The position numbers and the translations under genes are program-made. 64,000 bases of DNA from a virus (Duplodnaviria; Heunggongvirae; Uroviricota; Caudoviricetes), in IMG/VR virus record IMGVR_UViG_3300028888_000051, positions 163,384-227,383 of that record; one strand, 5' to 3'. Below are positions 1 through 9,100 of the stretch, piece after piece (positions within the stretch are counted from its first letter, which is position 1; every line of letters begins with the position of its first letter). Below the pieces are notes generated by a model. It had not been told where the DNA came from, did not search any database, and was given only the letters and a program-made list of their open reading frames with translations.

Positions 1-14
1 ATAGTATAAATAAA

Positions 15-2039
15 ATGAGTCGTGAACAAGAAAAAGATGCACGTAGAATGAATGATATTAAATTAGTTAAAAATATTTTTGGTGATGGACCTAATATGGT
101 ATATAATGATTTACATTCTTATATGGGTCAATTTGCTAATAATGAAAAAGCATATAAAGATGCTATTGAACAATTAAAACAAAATAAAGCTGAAAAAAAT
201 AAGGAAAATACAGATAAAGAACAAACAAAAACAGAAGCTTTTGATGATAATCAATTAGATAATGATGAAGTATGGTATTTAGAATATCAAACTAATATTC
301 CGGGAGAAACTTCTTATCTAAATAAAGCTTGGAGAGAAGCTGATTTACTTTCTGATAATTTAGATCAAGCTGCTAAATTTATTTCTCGTGATAATGCAAT
401 GACTGAATTACAAGAATTATATGCATCTAAACAAACTTCTTTTCCATTTAAACCGATAATTGGAGGAGCTTTTGAAGAATGTGGAGCATGTGCTACAACA
501 AATGCGAGTTTAGGTTCAGCTGTACAATATGTTAGTAATAAGAAAAAAGAAGAAAGTTTCGATGAAGAAAAATTAACTGAAGATCAAAGACTTGATGTAA
601 AAGATCGCTCAAAATTAAACAAAGAACTAATTAAAATAGCTAATATTAAAGATTTTGCTGGTAACGTTATTGGCAAAGCAGGTAAAACATTCCAAGAATA
701 TGCTGATAATAATGAATTAGGCTTTAATTATGATGAAAACGGTAATATAATATTTAACCAAAATGATAAAACATTAAGAGTTGCGGATGAATTGGCTAAT
801 CGTAGAATAGCTTTAGATTATGTTACTAATCAACCAATAGGTATGATTGACACTATTGGTAAAGTAAGAGATTTACATGGTAAACAAATTGGCTATTCAG
901 ATACTCGTGAAGCTGCAAAAAATCGTGGTATAGATTTAGATAAGCTTGACATAATATCTACTCATGATGATAATTGGCAATATACACAAAAAGCAGGTTC
1001 ACATTGGCGTAATGATGCAAATGCTATAAAATTTATGGATAAAGAAGGTAACATTAGAGATAAATATGCAGATGCTTGGCAAACTATAGCGAAAGATAAT
1101 AAAAAATTAAGAGATAATCCAGAATTATTACAAACAATGTTTGGTGGTTATTTCGAAAAAGGACAAATCTTAGATCCAAAATCATTTAAACAGCGTGTAT
1201 TAGAAATAAATGATACTTTTGGATTAGAATTAAATCCTGATGAACCAATGATTCCAAGTCAAATGAAAGCAGGTGGAAAACAACAGCAGGAATTTTATAA
1301 ATGGCGTGATAATTACTATAAACCTTTATTTAATGCTTCTCGTAGAAAAAATAAAGCTGCTGATAAAATTAATGCTGATAGAGAAAATTTTAGTAAAGAA
1401 CAAGATGAGTGGAGAGCTTCAGCTAATGATCGTGCTGAACAAGAACAAAGTATTCAGTATTTTATAAATGATATGCAAGATGCTAATAAACAATTTATGG
1501 ATGGTAAAATAAGTGGAAAAGATTTAAAAAATAAATTTATGTCCATTGCCTCAAATGATGCTATTCCAACATATATTAAAAGTAAATTAGCTAAAGATAC
1601 TTATAATGCATTCGCTTCTTATGATGAAGATATGGCTGATATGTGGAAAGAATTGAATAATCAATATTTTACTCAACAAGAATCTGTATTAACTGAAGAT
1701 GATTCTCCTGCTGATTTTGCAGATGGTCCTATATCATCAAATATGACTGGAACTATATCAACTACAGATCAAACAATAGATCAAACAGATACAATTTCAG
1801 ATGGAATAGATGATTATGGATTAGAAGAACCTAATATGAGTGGAGGAGCCAGTTTCGGTGATATAAATATTAATGCTGGGCCAGGAGAAAATGATGAAGC
1901 TCCTATTCAATCTACTGAAAACAAAAGAATTATAGATGTATTAGTAAATGAAAATGATCCATCTCAAATTAAATTAAAAATAAAAGATATGGATACAAAT
2001 AAAATTGAATTAAAAGATTTATCTGAAATTGATGTTTAA
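15..2039 (+). CDS. hypothetical protein (674 aa), Asn/Asp/Glu/Lys-rich with acidic Thr/Asp-rich C-terminal part; possible virion or internal protein
   Basis: Long uninterrupted ORF with ATG at 15; ends 4 nt inside convergent ORF 2036..2410; no catalytic motif recognised by eye. Confidence 0.6.
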   Translation: MSREQEKDARRMNDIKLVKNIFGDGPNMVYNDLHSYMGQFANNEKAYKDAIEQLKQNKAEKNKENTDKEQTKTEAFDDNQLDNDEVWYLEYQTNIPGETSYLNKAWREADLLSDNLDQAAKFISRDNAMTELQELYASKQTSFPFKPIIGGAFEECGACATTNASLGSAVQYVSNKKKEESFDEEKLTEDQRLDVKDRSKLNKELIKIANIKDFAGNVIGKAGKTFQEYADNNELGFNYDENGNIIFNQNDKTLRVADELANRRIALDYVTNQPIGMIDTIGKVRDLHGKQIGYSDTREAAKNRGIDLDKLDIISTHDDNWQYTQKAGSHWRNDANAIKFMDKEGNIRDKYADAWQTIAKDNKKLRDNPELLQTMFGGYFEKGQILDPKSFKQRVLEINDTFGLELNPDEPMIPSQMKAGGKQQQEFYKWRDNYYKPLFNASRRKNKAADKINADRENFSKEQDEWRASANDRAEQEQSIQYFINDMQDANKQFMDGKISGKDLKNKFMSIASNDAIPTYIKSKLAKDTYNAFASYDEDMADMWKELNNQYFTQQESVLTEDDSPADFADGPISSNMTGTISTTDQTIDQTDTISDGIDDYGLEEPNMSGGASFGDININAGPGENDEAPIQSTENKRIIDVLVNENDPSQIKLKIKDMDTNKIELKDLSEIDV

Positions 2040-2410
2040 TCTTTTTTAGCTAATTTTTTATTTTCAATCATTTTAGTAAAAATAAATTTACCTATGTCTG
2101 CTGATAATCGGCAGACATATTCTTTCTGTAAACCAATCGTACTATTTGTTTTTAAATTTTTTATATAAAAATATCTAGAATTATAACTTAAATTAAACAC
2201 ATCTTTTTTATCATTTTTAATAAAATTAAATTCTAAAAGATCTTTTAACTTTTTATGTAAAATTAATAAATTTGTATAATTACCTATATGAAGTGTATAG
2301 TCTTTTTTACGTAAAGCGTAAGTATCGAATTTAACTATACTGTGTTTAGATTTATCAGCTTTAGTTTCAACTATACTAATATCATAATCTTTAGCTGCAG
2401 CCATTGTCAT
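2036..2410 (-). CDS. hypothetical protein (124 aa)
   Basis: ORF with AAAGGAG Shine-Dalgarno sequence (reverse strand of 2415-2425) and a TTCTATAT box about 30 nt upstream. Confidence 0.5.
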   Translation of the reverse strand: MTMAAAKDYDISIVETKADKSKHSIVKFDTYALRKKDYTLHIGNYTNLLILHKKLKDLLEFNFIKNDKKDVFNLSYNSRYFYIKNLKTNSTIGLQKEYVCRLSADIGKFIFTKMIENKKLAKKD

Positions 2411-2437
2411 ATTAAAATCTCCTTTTTAATTTCATCA

Positions 2438-2445
2438 TATAGAAT
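2438..2445 (-). promoter_or_regulatory. GTTCTA-type box (ATTCTATA on minus strand) upstream of 2036..2410
   Basis: Member of the recurrent TTCTA(T/A)A intergenic motif, about 30 nt from the start codon; coordinates by eye. Confidence 0.35.
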
Positions 2446-2587
2446 ATAAGTTTTAATAAAAAAGTAAATAATAATTTTTCCAAAGTTAAGAAATCGCCTA
2501 ACTACAAAGAATTTAGCTCGGCTAATCTTAGCTATACATTTTTTATTTTTAACAAAACAAAAAATATAATATAATAATATATAATTA

Positions 2588-2612
2588 ATAATATAATATA
2601 ATATAATATAAT
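2588..2612. repeat. (ATAAT)5 pentanucleotide microsatellite followed by an A8 run
   Basis: Five perfect tandem ATAAT units read directly in the 330-bp ORF-free divergent intergenic region 2411..2740. Confidence 0.8.
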
Positions 2613-2713
2613 AAAAAAAAACAAAAAATTATTTTAACTTTTGCATTAACACTAACTTTGGCTTTTTATTTTTAAAATTTTTTAAATTTAAATATTTATG
2701 TTTTTTTGAAATA

Positions 2714-2730
2714 AGTTCTAAATTCTAAAA
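2714..2730 (+). promoter_or_regulatory. tandem AGTTCTAAATTCTAAAA box immediately upstream of the RBS of 2741..3298
   Basis: Two overlapping TTCTAAA copies followed by GGAGA and ATG at 2741. Confidence 0.35.
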
Positions 2731-2740
2731 GGAGAAAATT

Positions 2741-3298
2741 ATGCAAATTTATGGTAATCCTAATTTATCTGATAAATTTTTTGTTTATTTAGAAGATAAT
2801 AGTATTAATTATGTAAGAGATTTTGAAACAGCTAAGGGTTATATTCAAAATCCAAATTATAAAAAATGGTTTGGAAAAACTTTATATTGTACAAATGAAG
2901 ATATAGTAAAAGCTTATGATGGTAAATTGTACTTAAAAAGCAAAGTTCCAGAAAATCCAAATGAAATAAAAATATATGATAATAAATCTTTTTTTATTAA
3001 TAATTGTAAAAAATATATTGAAAATACATTAAATGATTTGAGTATTGAATATGGTTATGTATCTTTTTATCAATTAATATCTTGGAAAGATTCAAAAATA
3101 TTAAAAAACAAACAATTAGCTGAAAAAATGTTAAATTATCGTGATAAATTATATAATTTCTATTCAAAAATATACAATAAACATAAAAAACAACTAGAAA
3201 ATACATCAGAATTATTAGATTTATCAAATATTTACACAGAATTTTTAGAAAATATTCCAAAATTTAAAAAAGTTAAAGAAAATGAAACAAACAATTAG
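2741..3298 (+). CDS. hypothetical protein (185 aa)
   Basis: ORF with strong AAAGGAGA RBS; overlaps the next gene by 17 nt. Confidence 0.55.
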   Translation: MQIYGNPNLSDKFFVYLEDNSINYVRDFETAKGYIQNPNYKKWFGKTLYCTNEDIVKAYDGKLYLKSKVPENPNEIKIYDNKSFFINNCKKYIENTLNDLSIEYGYVSFYQLISWKDSKILKNKQLAEKMLNYRDKLYNFYSKIYNKHKKQLENTSELLDLSNIYTEFLENIPKFKKVKENETNN

Positions 3299-4184
3299 AT
3301 TATATATAATACCTACTTATAAAAATCCTTATGTAGATGAATATTATCTATTTGATCAAAATAATAAAAATACACTAGATGTAGTATGGTTAGATAATGC
3401 TTTAATTGAATTAAAAAATAATTATAATATTTTACAAACAGAAATTTGTGGGGGAGAAATAACAGTATTATCTGATTTTTATTTTAATATTTTGTTTCAA
3501 TTAATAAAAATGAATTGTAATAAAATTATTGTATCTACAAATTTTATAGATTTTAATAAATCTATAATAAATCTTTGTGATATAATTAATGTAAAATATA
3601 ATTTTAATGGTTATAGTAAATATAAAACTATTGTTTATAACAATATAAAGGCAGCAATAGCTGAAAATAAAATTATTAATTTAAAATCACTAGATATATC
3701 TTGTAAAAACAATCATAAATTAATTATTGAAGACTTAAATAGATTAAAAATAAAATCTTGGGAAATTATTCCATATCATCAATCTATTTATTCAAAAGCT
3801 ATTCCATTAAATTATACTGAATATGAAGAATTAATAAGAAAATATTTATTTTCAGCAAAAGATATGAAGTTTGCTTTTCAAAATAAACTTCAATTAGATG
3901 AAATCTTACCAATAGATAACTATAATATTAAAAATATTTATATTACACCGAATAATAAATTTGCCATAACAGAATTTAACAAAAACAATAAATTTAAATT
4001 CGTTGAATATGATAATTTATCTAATTTACAGAAAAAAATAGAAGAAATGGAAAATTTACGTGATAATTTTTGTTATAATTGTGATTCTAAATTACGATGT
4101 CTAGCAAATAGATTAATAAATTTAAATTATACTGGTAAAAGTTGTAGTGGTTTTAAAGATTTAATAAAATATTATAACAAATAA
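3282..4184 (+). CDS. radical-SAM-like paralogue lacking the Cys triad (possible pseudo-enzyme)
   Basis: GGE motif (EICGGEIT) and the following STNF segment sit at the same distance from the N-terminus as in the four rSAM paralogues at 21.7-25.5 kb. CxxxCxxC is replaced by YKNPYVDE. Cys-rich C-terminus CYNCDSKLRC..SC. Confidence 0.35.
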   Translation: MKQTIRLYIIPTYKNPYVDEYYLFDQNNKNTLDVVWLDNALIELKNNYNILQTEICGGEITVLSDFYFNILFQLIKMNCNKIIVSTNFIDFNKSIINLCDIINVKYNFNGYSKYKTIVYNNIKAAIAENKIINLKSLDISCKNNHKLIIEDLNRLKIKSWEIIPYHQSIYSKAIPLNYTEYEELIRKYLFSAKDMKFAFQNKLQLDEILPIDNYNIKNIYITPNNKFAITEFNKNNKFKFVEYDNLSNLQKKIEEMENLRDNFCYNCDSKLRCLANRLINLNYTGKSCSGFKDLIKYYNK

Positions 4185-4205
4185 ATATCCTTATGGAGTA
4201 GATAG

Positions 4206-4772
4206 ATGAATTTTATGTCAGTAATTTTAGAAGAGCGGAAATTAACAGCAAAAGATACTAAAAAGTTTGGTTCAACTATAGAAAATTTAAAAAACATAAT
4301 AAAAAAAGAAAAAGTTAAAATTAGCAAAAATATTAAAAAAGTAGGTAATTCAATGTATTGTGTAAATGCTTTACCTTATATTGCAAGTACTAGAGATGTA
4401 TTAAAAAAACCAGATATTGTATGTTCTATACGTGTAAATTGGAAACAAAAATCATATATTGGTATGTCTACAAATGATATTATTAATGAATTAAAAGAAC
4501 AATGGTGTTGGTATACTTCTATTGTTGATGAAGAGCATAGTCGTAATAAATTTAAAAATAAAGATATTATTTGTGTTGTATTTGATTCAAAAGAACAAGC
4601 TGAAAAAAATATGGAAATTTTTAAAAAATTGTTTATGACAGCTATTGAACAAGATTGTGTAGAAGAATACAAAAAGTTTAAACAAAATCCAGATAAAAGA
4701 GTTCTTAGTTTTGATAAACTTGTAGATAATGCATATGAATTATACGAAAAAGTTGATAAAGGTGAATTATAA
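4206..4772 (+). CDS. hypothetical protein (188 aa)
   Basis: ORF preceded by GGAG; no motif recognised. Confidence 0.5.
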   Translation: MNFMSVILEERKLTAKDTKKFGSTIENLKNIIKKEKVKISKNIKKVGNSMYCVNALPYIASTRDVLKKPDIVCSIRVNWKQKSYIGMSTNDIINELKEQWCWYTSIVDEEHSRNKFKNKDIICVVFDSKEQAEKNMEIFKKLFMTAIEQDCVEEYKKFKQNPDKRVLSFDKLVDNAYELYEKVDKGEL

Positions 4773-4793
4773 TTTTAATTCAAGGAGATACTA

Positions 4794-5114
4794 ATGACAA
4801 AAGAAATTAAAATTTTAGTTAAAGGTAAATATGGTATTGGTAAAACTACATTTATAAATACTATACGAGATATTTTAAAAAAGAATAAAAAATTTAAAGA
4901 ATTATTTGAAGGTTATGAATTTGATGTTTATGAATTTACTACAGATGAAGAAAAAGAAAGTCAAGCGGCTACAAGTAAAAAATGGACCATTACAGAAGGT
5001 AAATTTGAAGAACAAGAATTTATGGTTGTAGCTTATAAAAAATCTTTTTTCAAAGGAATTTGGTTAGCTATAATTAAGATGTTTAAAGCAATTTTTAAAC
5101 TATTTATAAGATAA
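4794..5114 (+). CDS. small P-loop protein (106 aa) with hydrophobic C-terminus
   Basis: N-terminal Walker-A-like VKGKYGIGKTT; AAGGAGA RBS; C-terminal GIWLAIIKMFKAIFKLFI amphipathic/hydrophobic tail. Confidence 0.5.
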   Translation: MTKEIKILVKGKYGIGKTTFINTIRDILKKNKKFKELFEGYEFDVYEFTTDEEKESQAATSKKWTITEGKFEEQEFMVVAYKKSFFKGIWLAIIKMFKAIFKLFIR

Positions 5115-5115
5115 A

Positions 5116-5160
5116 TTGGAAATTTAAATAATATTTTTTGTTTATTTTAAGACTTCTATA
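5116..5160 (+). promoter_or_regulatory. bipartite TTGGAAA-N31-TTCTATA element upstream of the Rad50-like gene
   Basis: TGGAAA at 5117 and TTCTATA at 5154, the same 37-nt offset as at 8102/8139 and 20250/20287. Confidence 0.4.
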
Positions 5161-5195
5161 TTTGTGATAGTACAATTTAGAGGTCTTTTTATATT

Positions 5196-7061
5196 ATGAA
5201 ATTTAATATACGCCGGATAGAAATTGAAAATTTTAGAAGTATACAATCTAAGGTTACAATTAATATTAAACCTGGTCTATATTCTATTGAAGGTATAAAT
5301 AATGATGAAAAAACCAGTACGAATGGAGCGGGAAAATCTTCATTAATTTCAGCTTTATATTGGTGTTTAACTGGCAATGCTTTAACAAATGAAGCATTAG
5401 CCGATGATGTCATAAACGCTAAGGTTGGTAAGAATTGTAAAGTAAGTGTTTTTATTGAATCATTACAAGGTGATATAAAAATCACTAGGACAAGAGGAGA
5501 TTCTGAATTTGGTAATAATTTATTTCTTGAAATAGCAGATCAAGATTTAACTTGTCATAAAGTTGCGGATACTCAAACAAGAATTAATCAATTGTTTAAG
5601 ATTCCGTTTGATTTATTACATAGTACTATCATGATGACTCACGACATTAAGTCTGCTTTTTCTGAACTTACTCCACAACAACGTGTACAAACTTTAGAAA
5701 GTATACGTGATTATTCTATTTGGGATAAAGTTAGAGATGAAGCAAATAAAGATATCAAAATATATAACAAAGAAATACAGGAGCTTAATTTGAAATTAAG
5801 TAACATGAATGGTAGTAAGCAAACATATGAAAAAATGATTGCTGCTGCGGGAGAAAACTATAAAGTAGTTGTTAAATCTTTTGATAAAATCGAAATTGAT
5901 AATAAAATTAATAGTCTAATAGAAGAAAATAAAAACTATGCTATTGAAATAGCAAATTTAGAATCTGATATTAAGGAATTTAATAATTTTATTGAAAAAA
6001 ATACAGATAATTCTTTACAAAAAAGACTTAATGAGATTACTGATACTGCTAGCAATATTAAACTTTCACTTCAGAGTGCGGAATACGAACGGAAAGAGAA
6101 AGTAAAGGATATTGATATTATCAATGCTTGGTTTAAAAATGATAAATGTCCTACCTGCGGTCATTTATTGGATAGAACAGAAGAAGAAAAAGCTGTAAAA
6201 TCTAGCCATCGTGATGAATTAAATAAACAGCTCAATCTAATTGATGAAAAAGTAAAAAAATTAAATAATGATATTGCTTTAAAGCGAGAAGAGTGGGCAC
6301 AAGTAAATACTCAATTGAAGGTTAGTGAAAAAACTTTAACAGATTTTAGAGCTAAATTGAGTGAAAGTAATAATAAGATAAATATTCTTAAGAGTAAAGA
6401 GCTTGCAAATACGCGAGAGTTAGCTAAGCTTGAGTTAGAAAAAAATACTCACTCTTCTCAAGTAGATAAGTTAGACAAAGATATTATCTCTTATAAAAAA
6501 GAAATAGAGTCAATCTCAGCTGGCGAAGCTATCATCAATGAACAACTTAAGTTACTTGAAAATAAAAAAGAGTTATCTGATTACTTTTTTAAGTTACTTG
6601 GTAGTAAAGGTGAGTTAAGGCCTTATCTTTTAAAACAAGATATTTGTTATTTAAATAACTGTATGCAAACATATATACATCAATTTTTTGAAAATACTGA
6701 AGTTGAATTACGTTTAGAAGGTCCAAATATAGAGATTTTAATAAATAGTAATGGTATTAAGAAAAAAGTAACAAGCTTATCGGGTGGTGAAAAAAAGCGC
6801 CTTAATATTGCTATTCAACTTGGTCTATATGATTTAATACAAGCTACTTCACAAGTATGTTTTAATGTACTTTGGTTAGATGAAATTGAATCAGAATTAG
6901 ATCAAGCAGGTGTAAATCAATTAATTAATATAATTGAAGATAAATCTAATGATGCTGAAACTGTATTTTGGATTACAAATCATCCAAACGTTAAGGAAAG
7001 TATTACAAATAAAATTATATGTACTAAATCTTTAGGTGTAACAACTATTGAGGAGAGATAA
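5196..7061 (+). CDS. Rad50/SbcC-type recombination ATPase (T4 gp46-like)
   Basis: Walker A NGAGKSS; long coiled coil with central zinc hook CPTCGH; ABC signature LSGGEKKR; Walker B LWLDEIE. Confidence 0.9.
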   Translation: MKFNIRRIEIENFRSIQSKVTINIKPGLYSIEGINNDEKTSTNGAGKSSLISALYWCLTGNALTNEALADDVINAKVGKNCKVSVFIESLQGDIKITRTRGDSEFGNNLFLEIADQDLTCHKVADTQTRINQLFKIPFDLLHSTIMMTHDIKSAFSELTPQQRVQTLESIRDYSIWDKVRDEANKDIKIYNKEIQELNLKLSNMNGSKQTYEKMIAAAGENYKVVVKSFDKIEIDNKINSLIEENKNYAIEIANLESDIKEFNNFIEKNTDNSLQKRLNEITDTASNIKLSLQSAEYERKEKVKDIDIINAWFKNDKCPTCGHLLDRTEEEKAVKSSHRDELNKQLNLIDEKVKKLNNDIALKREEWAQVNTQLKVSEKTLTDFRAKLSESNNKINILKSKELANTRELAKLELEKNTHSSQVDKLDKDIISYKKEIESISAGEAIINEQLKLLENKKELSDYFFKLLGSKGELRPYLLKQDICYLNNCMQTYIHQFFENTEVELRLEGPNIEILINSNGIKKKVTSLSGGEKKRLNIAIQLGLYDLIQATSQVCFNVLWLDEIESELDQAGVNQLINIIEDKSNDAETVFWITNHPNVKESITNKIICTKSLGVTTIEER

Positions 7062-7064
7062 TTA

Positions 7065-8099
7065 ATGAAAATAATGGTTTTTGGAGATATACATTTTCAT
7101 AATTCACATCGTTTTTCAAATATTGAACCTCAAGGATATACAACTAGAGAAATTGAACAATATAATTGTGCAAATACATTAATTAAAATAGCCAAAGAAG
7201 AAAATATTGATAAAGTTGTATTTTTAGGTGATGCTTGGCAAGCTGTTGGAGATACAATTTCTGCTGAAACGCAATCAATTATGATTGAATTTTTTGCTCA
7301 ATTGAGAAGATATTTACCAAATTTAGCAGTAATTCTTGGTAATCATGATTTAATTAATAATGATCCAACTATAAATAAACTTAATTTTCTTAAATATATG
7401 CCTCCAATTGAATTTTTTTCAAAACCTGAGGTAAAAAATGAGTTTGTTTATATGCCTTATTGTTTAAATGACGATGAAGCTATTCGTTTTTTAGAAAATA
7501 TTTCAGAAAAACAAAATAAAATAGTTTTTTCACATTTAGAATTAGGAGGAATAAATTTGGGTAATGGTATTTTTACTCAAAAAGGCGTTCCATTAGATTT
7601 ACTTAAACAATTTAAAATGACTTTACAAGGACACTATCATTCAGGTGGAAGTTATGGTCATAAAATTCAAATAGCTGGTTCTACACAAAGGCTTTCTTTT
7701 AAAGATAAAGGTATTTCACGTAATAATATTATTATTTATAATACTGATACTGATAAAATTATTAGAAAAAGTTTTGAAAGTCCAGATTGGTTAGTATTTG
7801 ATGATGATAACATAGAGAATATTCTTAAAATAGACAATAATAATTACGTTAAGGTTGATTTAACCAGTGATATTTTATTAACATCTGAAATAAAAACTAA
7901 ATTAGAACAAGTAAAAAATAAAACAGTACATATAGATTTAACACGTATATCTATAAATAAACAAATTACAGAAGAAATATCAGAAAAAGAAGATAATTTA
8001 GATGTAATAAGAAAATTTATTATTAAATCTAATAATACAGATGATAAAAAAGAACAATTAATACAAGAAGGAGTAAGATTATTAAATAAAATTAGTTAA
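7065..8099 (+). CDS. Mre11/SbcD-type nuclease (T4 gp47-like)
   Basis: Calcineurin-like phosphoesterase motifs GDIH, LGDAW, GNHD, SHLE, GHYH; directly follows the Rad50-like gene. Confidence 0.9.
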   Translation: MKIMVFGDIHFHNSHRFSNIEPQGYTTREIEQYNCANTLIKIAKEENIDKVVFLGDAWQAVGDTISAETQSIMIEFFAQLRRYLPNLAVILGNHDLINNDPTINKLNFLKYMPPIEFFSKPEVKNEFVYMPYCLNDDEAIRFLENISEKQNKIVFSHLELGGINLGNGIFTQKGVPLDLLKQFKMTLQGHYHSGGSYGHKIQIAGSTQRLSFKDKGISRNNIIIYNTDTDKIIRKSFESPDWLVFDDDNIENILKIDNNNYVKVDLTSDILLTSEIKTKLEQVKNKTVHIDLTRISINKQITEEISEKEDNLDVIRKFIIKSNNTDDKKEQLIQEGVRLLNKIS

Positions 8100-8100
8100 A

Positions 8101-8145
8101 TTGGAAAATTTATTTAAATATTTTATGGATTATTTAACTTCTATA
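8101..8145 (+). promoter_or_regulatory. bipartite TTGGAAAA-N31-TTCTATA element upstream of the gp32-like gene
   Basis: Same spacing and sequence classes as 5116..5160. Confidence 0.4.
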
Positions 8146-8202
8146 AAATGTAAAGTTTAATTTTTTGAATATAAACATGTTTATTTAAAAGGAAAATGTA
8201 AA

Positions 8203-9027
8203 ATGGAAAAAAGTTATAATGAAGAATGGATGAAAGATATTTTAAGTAGGAGTAAAGAAGCAATGGATGATTCATCTGGTTCATATCCTTCAACTGAATG
8301 GGTACAATATAAAAAAGGTTTCAAAAAGAGTATTACTTTTAAATTGATGCCTGCAAATAGTAAAGAAAACAATGTTTTTAGTCATATAGTTGCTCAACAT
8401 TGGATTCAAACATCAGATGGTAAAACAAAAAGATTCGTTTGTCCAGAAGAAACTGTACATTTGAAAGGTCAACATGTAAAATGCCCAGTTTGTGAAGCTA
8501 AACGTAAATTAAAAGCATTAGGTTTTACTGATGAGCAATTGAGTGTTGAAGGTAAATTTGGTTTAGTACCTGTATTTGATCCTAAATTTACTTCTAATGC
8601 AAAAGTTGTAGTTCTTCAGTCTGATGAAAAACAAGATTGGGATAGAGCTCATATTTCTGTATTACAACAGAATGGTACTTTCATGACTGTTTGGTTAGCT
8701 CAAAAATATGCTAGTAACGAAATTCCTAATTTTACTGAATTAGCATCTAGTAATCCTATTAAATTTTCTCGTCCAACAGATTCAGGTAAATGGGAACGTG
8801 AATTTAGTTTTAATGTATTTAATCCTTCTAGTGATGTTTTAGCAAAATTAAAAGAAGAAAATGAAGCATTAACTTTACCTGATTTGTGGAAAATGCCTTC
8901 AGATCAAGAGTTTATTGAAATTAGTCAATTGATGGAAGATATGCAAAAAAATTATCTTGCTGCTAGAGATACAATGACTAATACTTCTACTGATACTTCT
9001 ACTGTAGAGGATGACATTCCATTCTAA
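8203..9027 (+). CDS. gp32-like single-stranded DNA-binding protein with bacterial-SSB-like DDIPF C-terminal tip
   Basis: Collinear with T4 gp32 by eye (ITFKLMPANSKEN..; zinc site H..C..CPVCEA). Acidic Thr/Ser/Asp tail ends in VEDDIPF. Confidence 0.8.
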   Translation: MEKSYNEEWMKDILSRSKEAMDDSSGSYPSTEWVQYKKGFKKSITFKLMPANSKENNVFSHIVAQHWIQTSDGKTKRFVCPEETVHLKGQHVKCPVCEAKRKLKALGFTDEQLSVEGKFGLVPVFDPKFTSNAKVVVLQSDEKQDWDRAHISVLQQNGTFMTVWLAQKYASNEIPNFTELASSNPIKFSRPTDSGKWEREFSFNVFNPSSDVLAKLKEENEALTLPDLWKMPSDQEFIEISQLMEDMQKNYLAARDTMTNTSTDTSTVEDDIPF

Positions 9028-9044
9028 GTCATCCTAATTGTGGT

Positions 9045-9088
9045 GGTGTGGCTGGTTTTTTACATGAGAGTTTCCTTCCAGCCACACC
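9045..9088 (+). promoter_or_regulatory. G+C-rich perfect 11-bp inverted repeat (GGTGTGGCTGG / CCAGCCACACC, 22-nt loop) abutting the RBS of the HNH gene
   Basis: Read directly; the 3' arm is followed immediately by AGAGGAA and ATG 9101; composition is atypical for this genome. Confidence 0.5.
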
Positions 9089-9100
9089 AGAGGAATTTAA

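Noticed and set aside
9031-9090. G+C-rich patch as a tRNA or other structured RNA gene, or as a Chi-like site (TGGTGGTGTGGCTGG)
   Set aside because: It forms only one long hairpin, with no cloverleaf arms or anticodon-loop context, and is too short for a tRNA. The sequence does not contain the exact GCTGGTGG octamer. I cannot run tRNAscan, so tRNAs elsewhere are not formally excluded.
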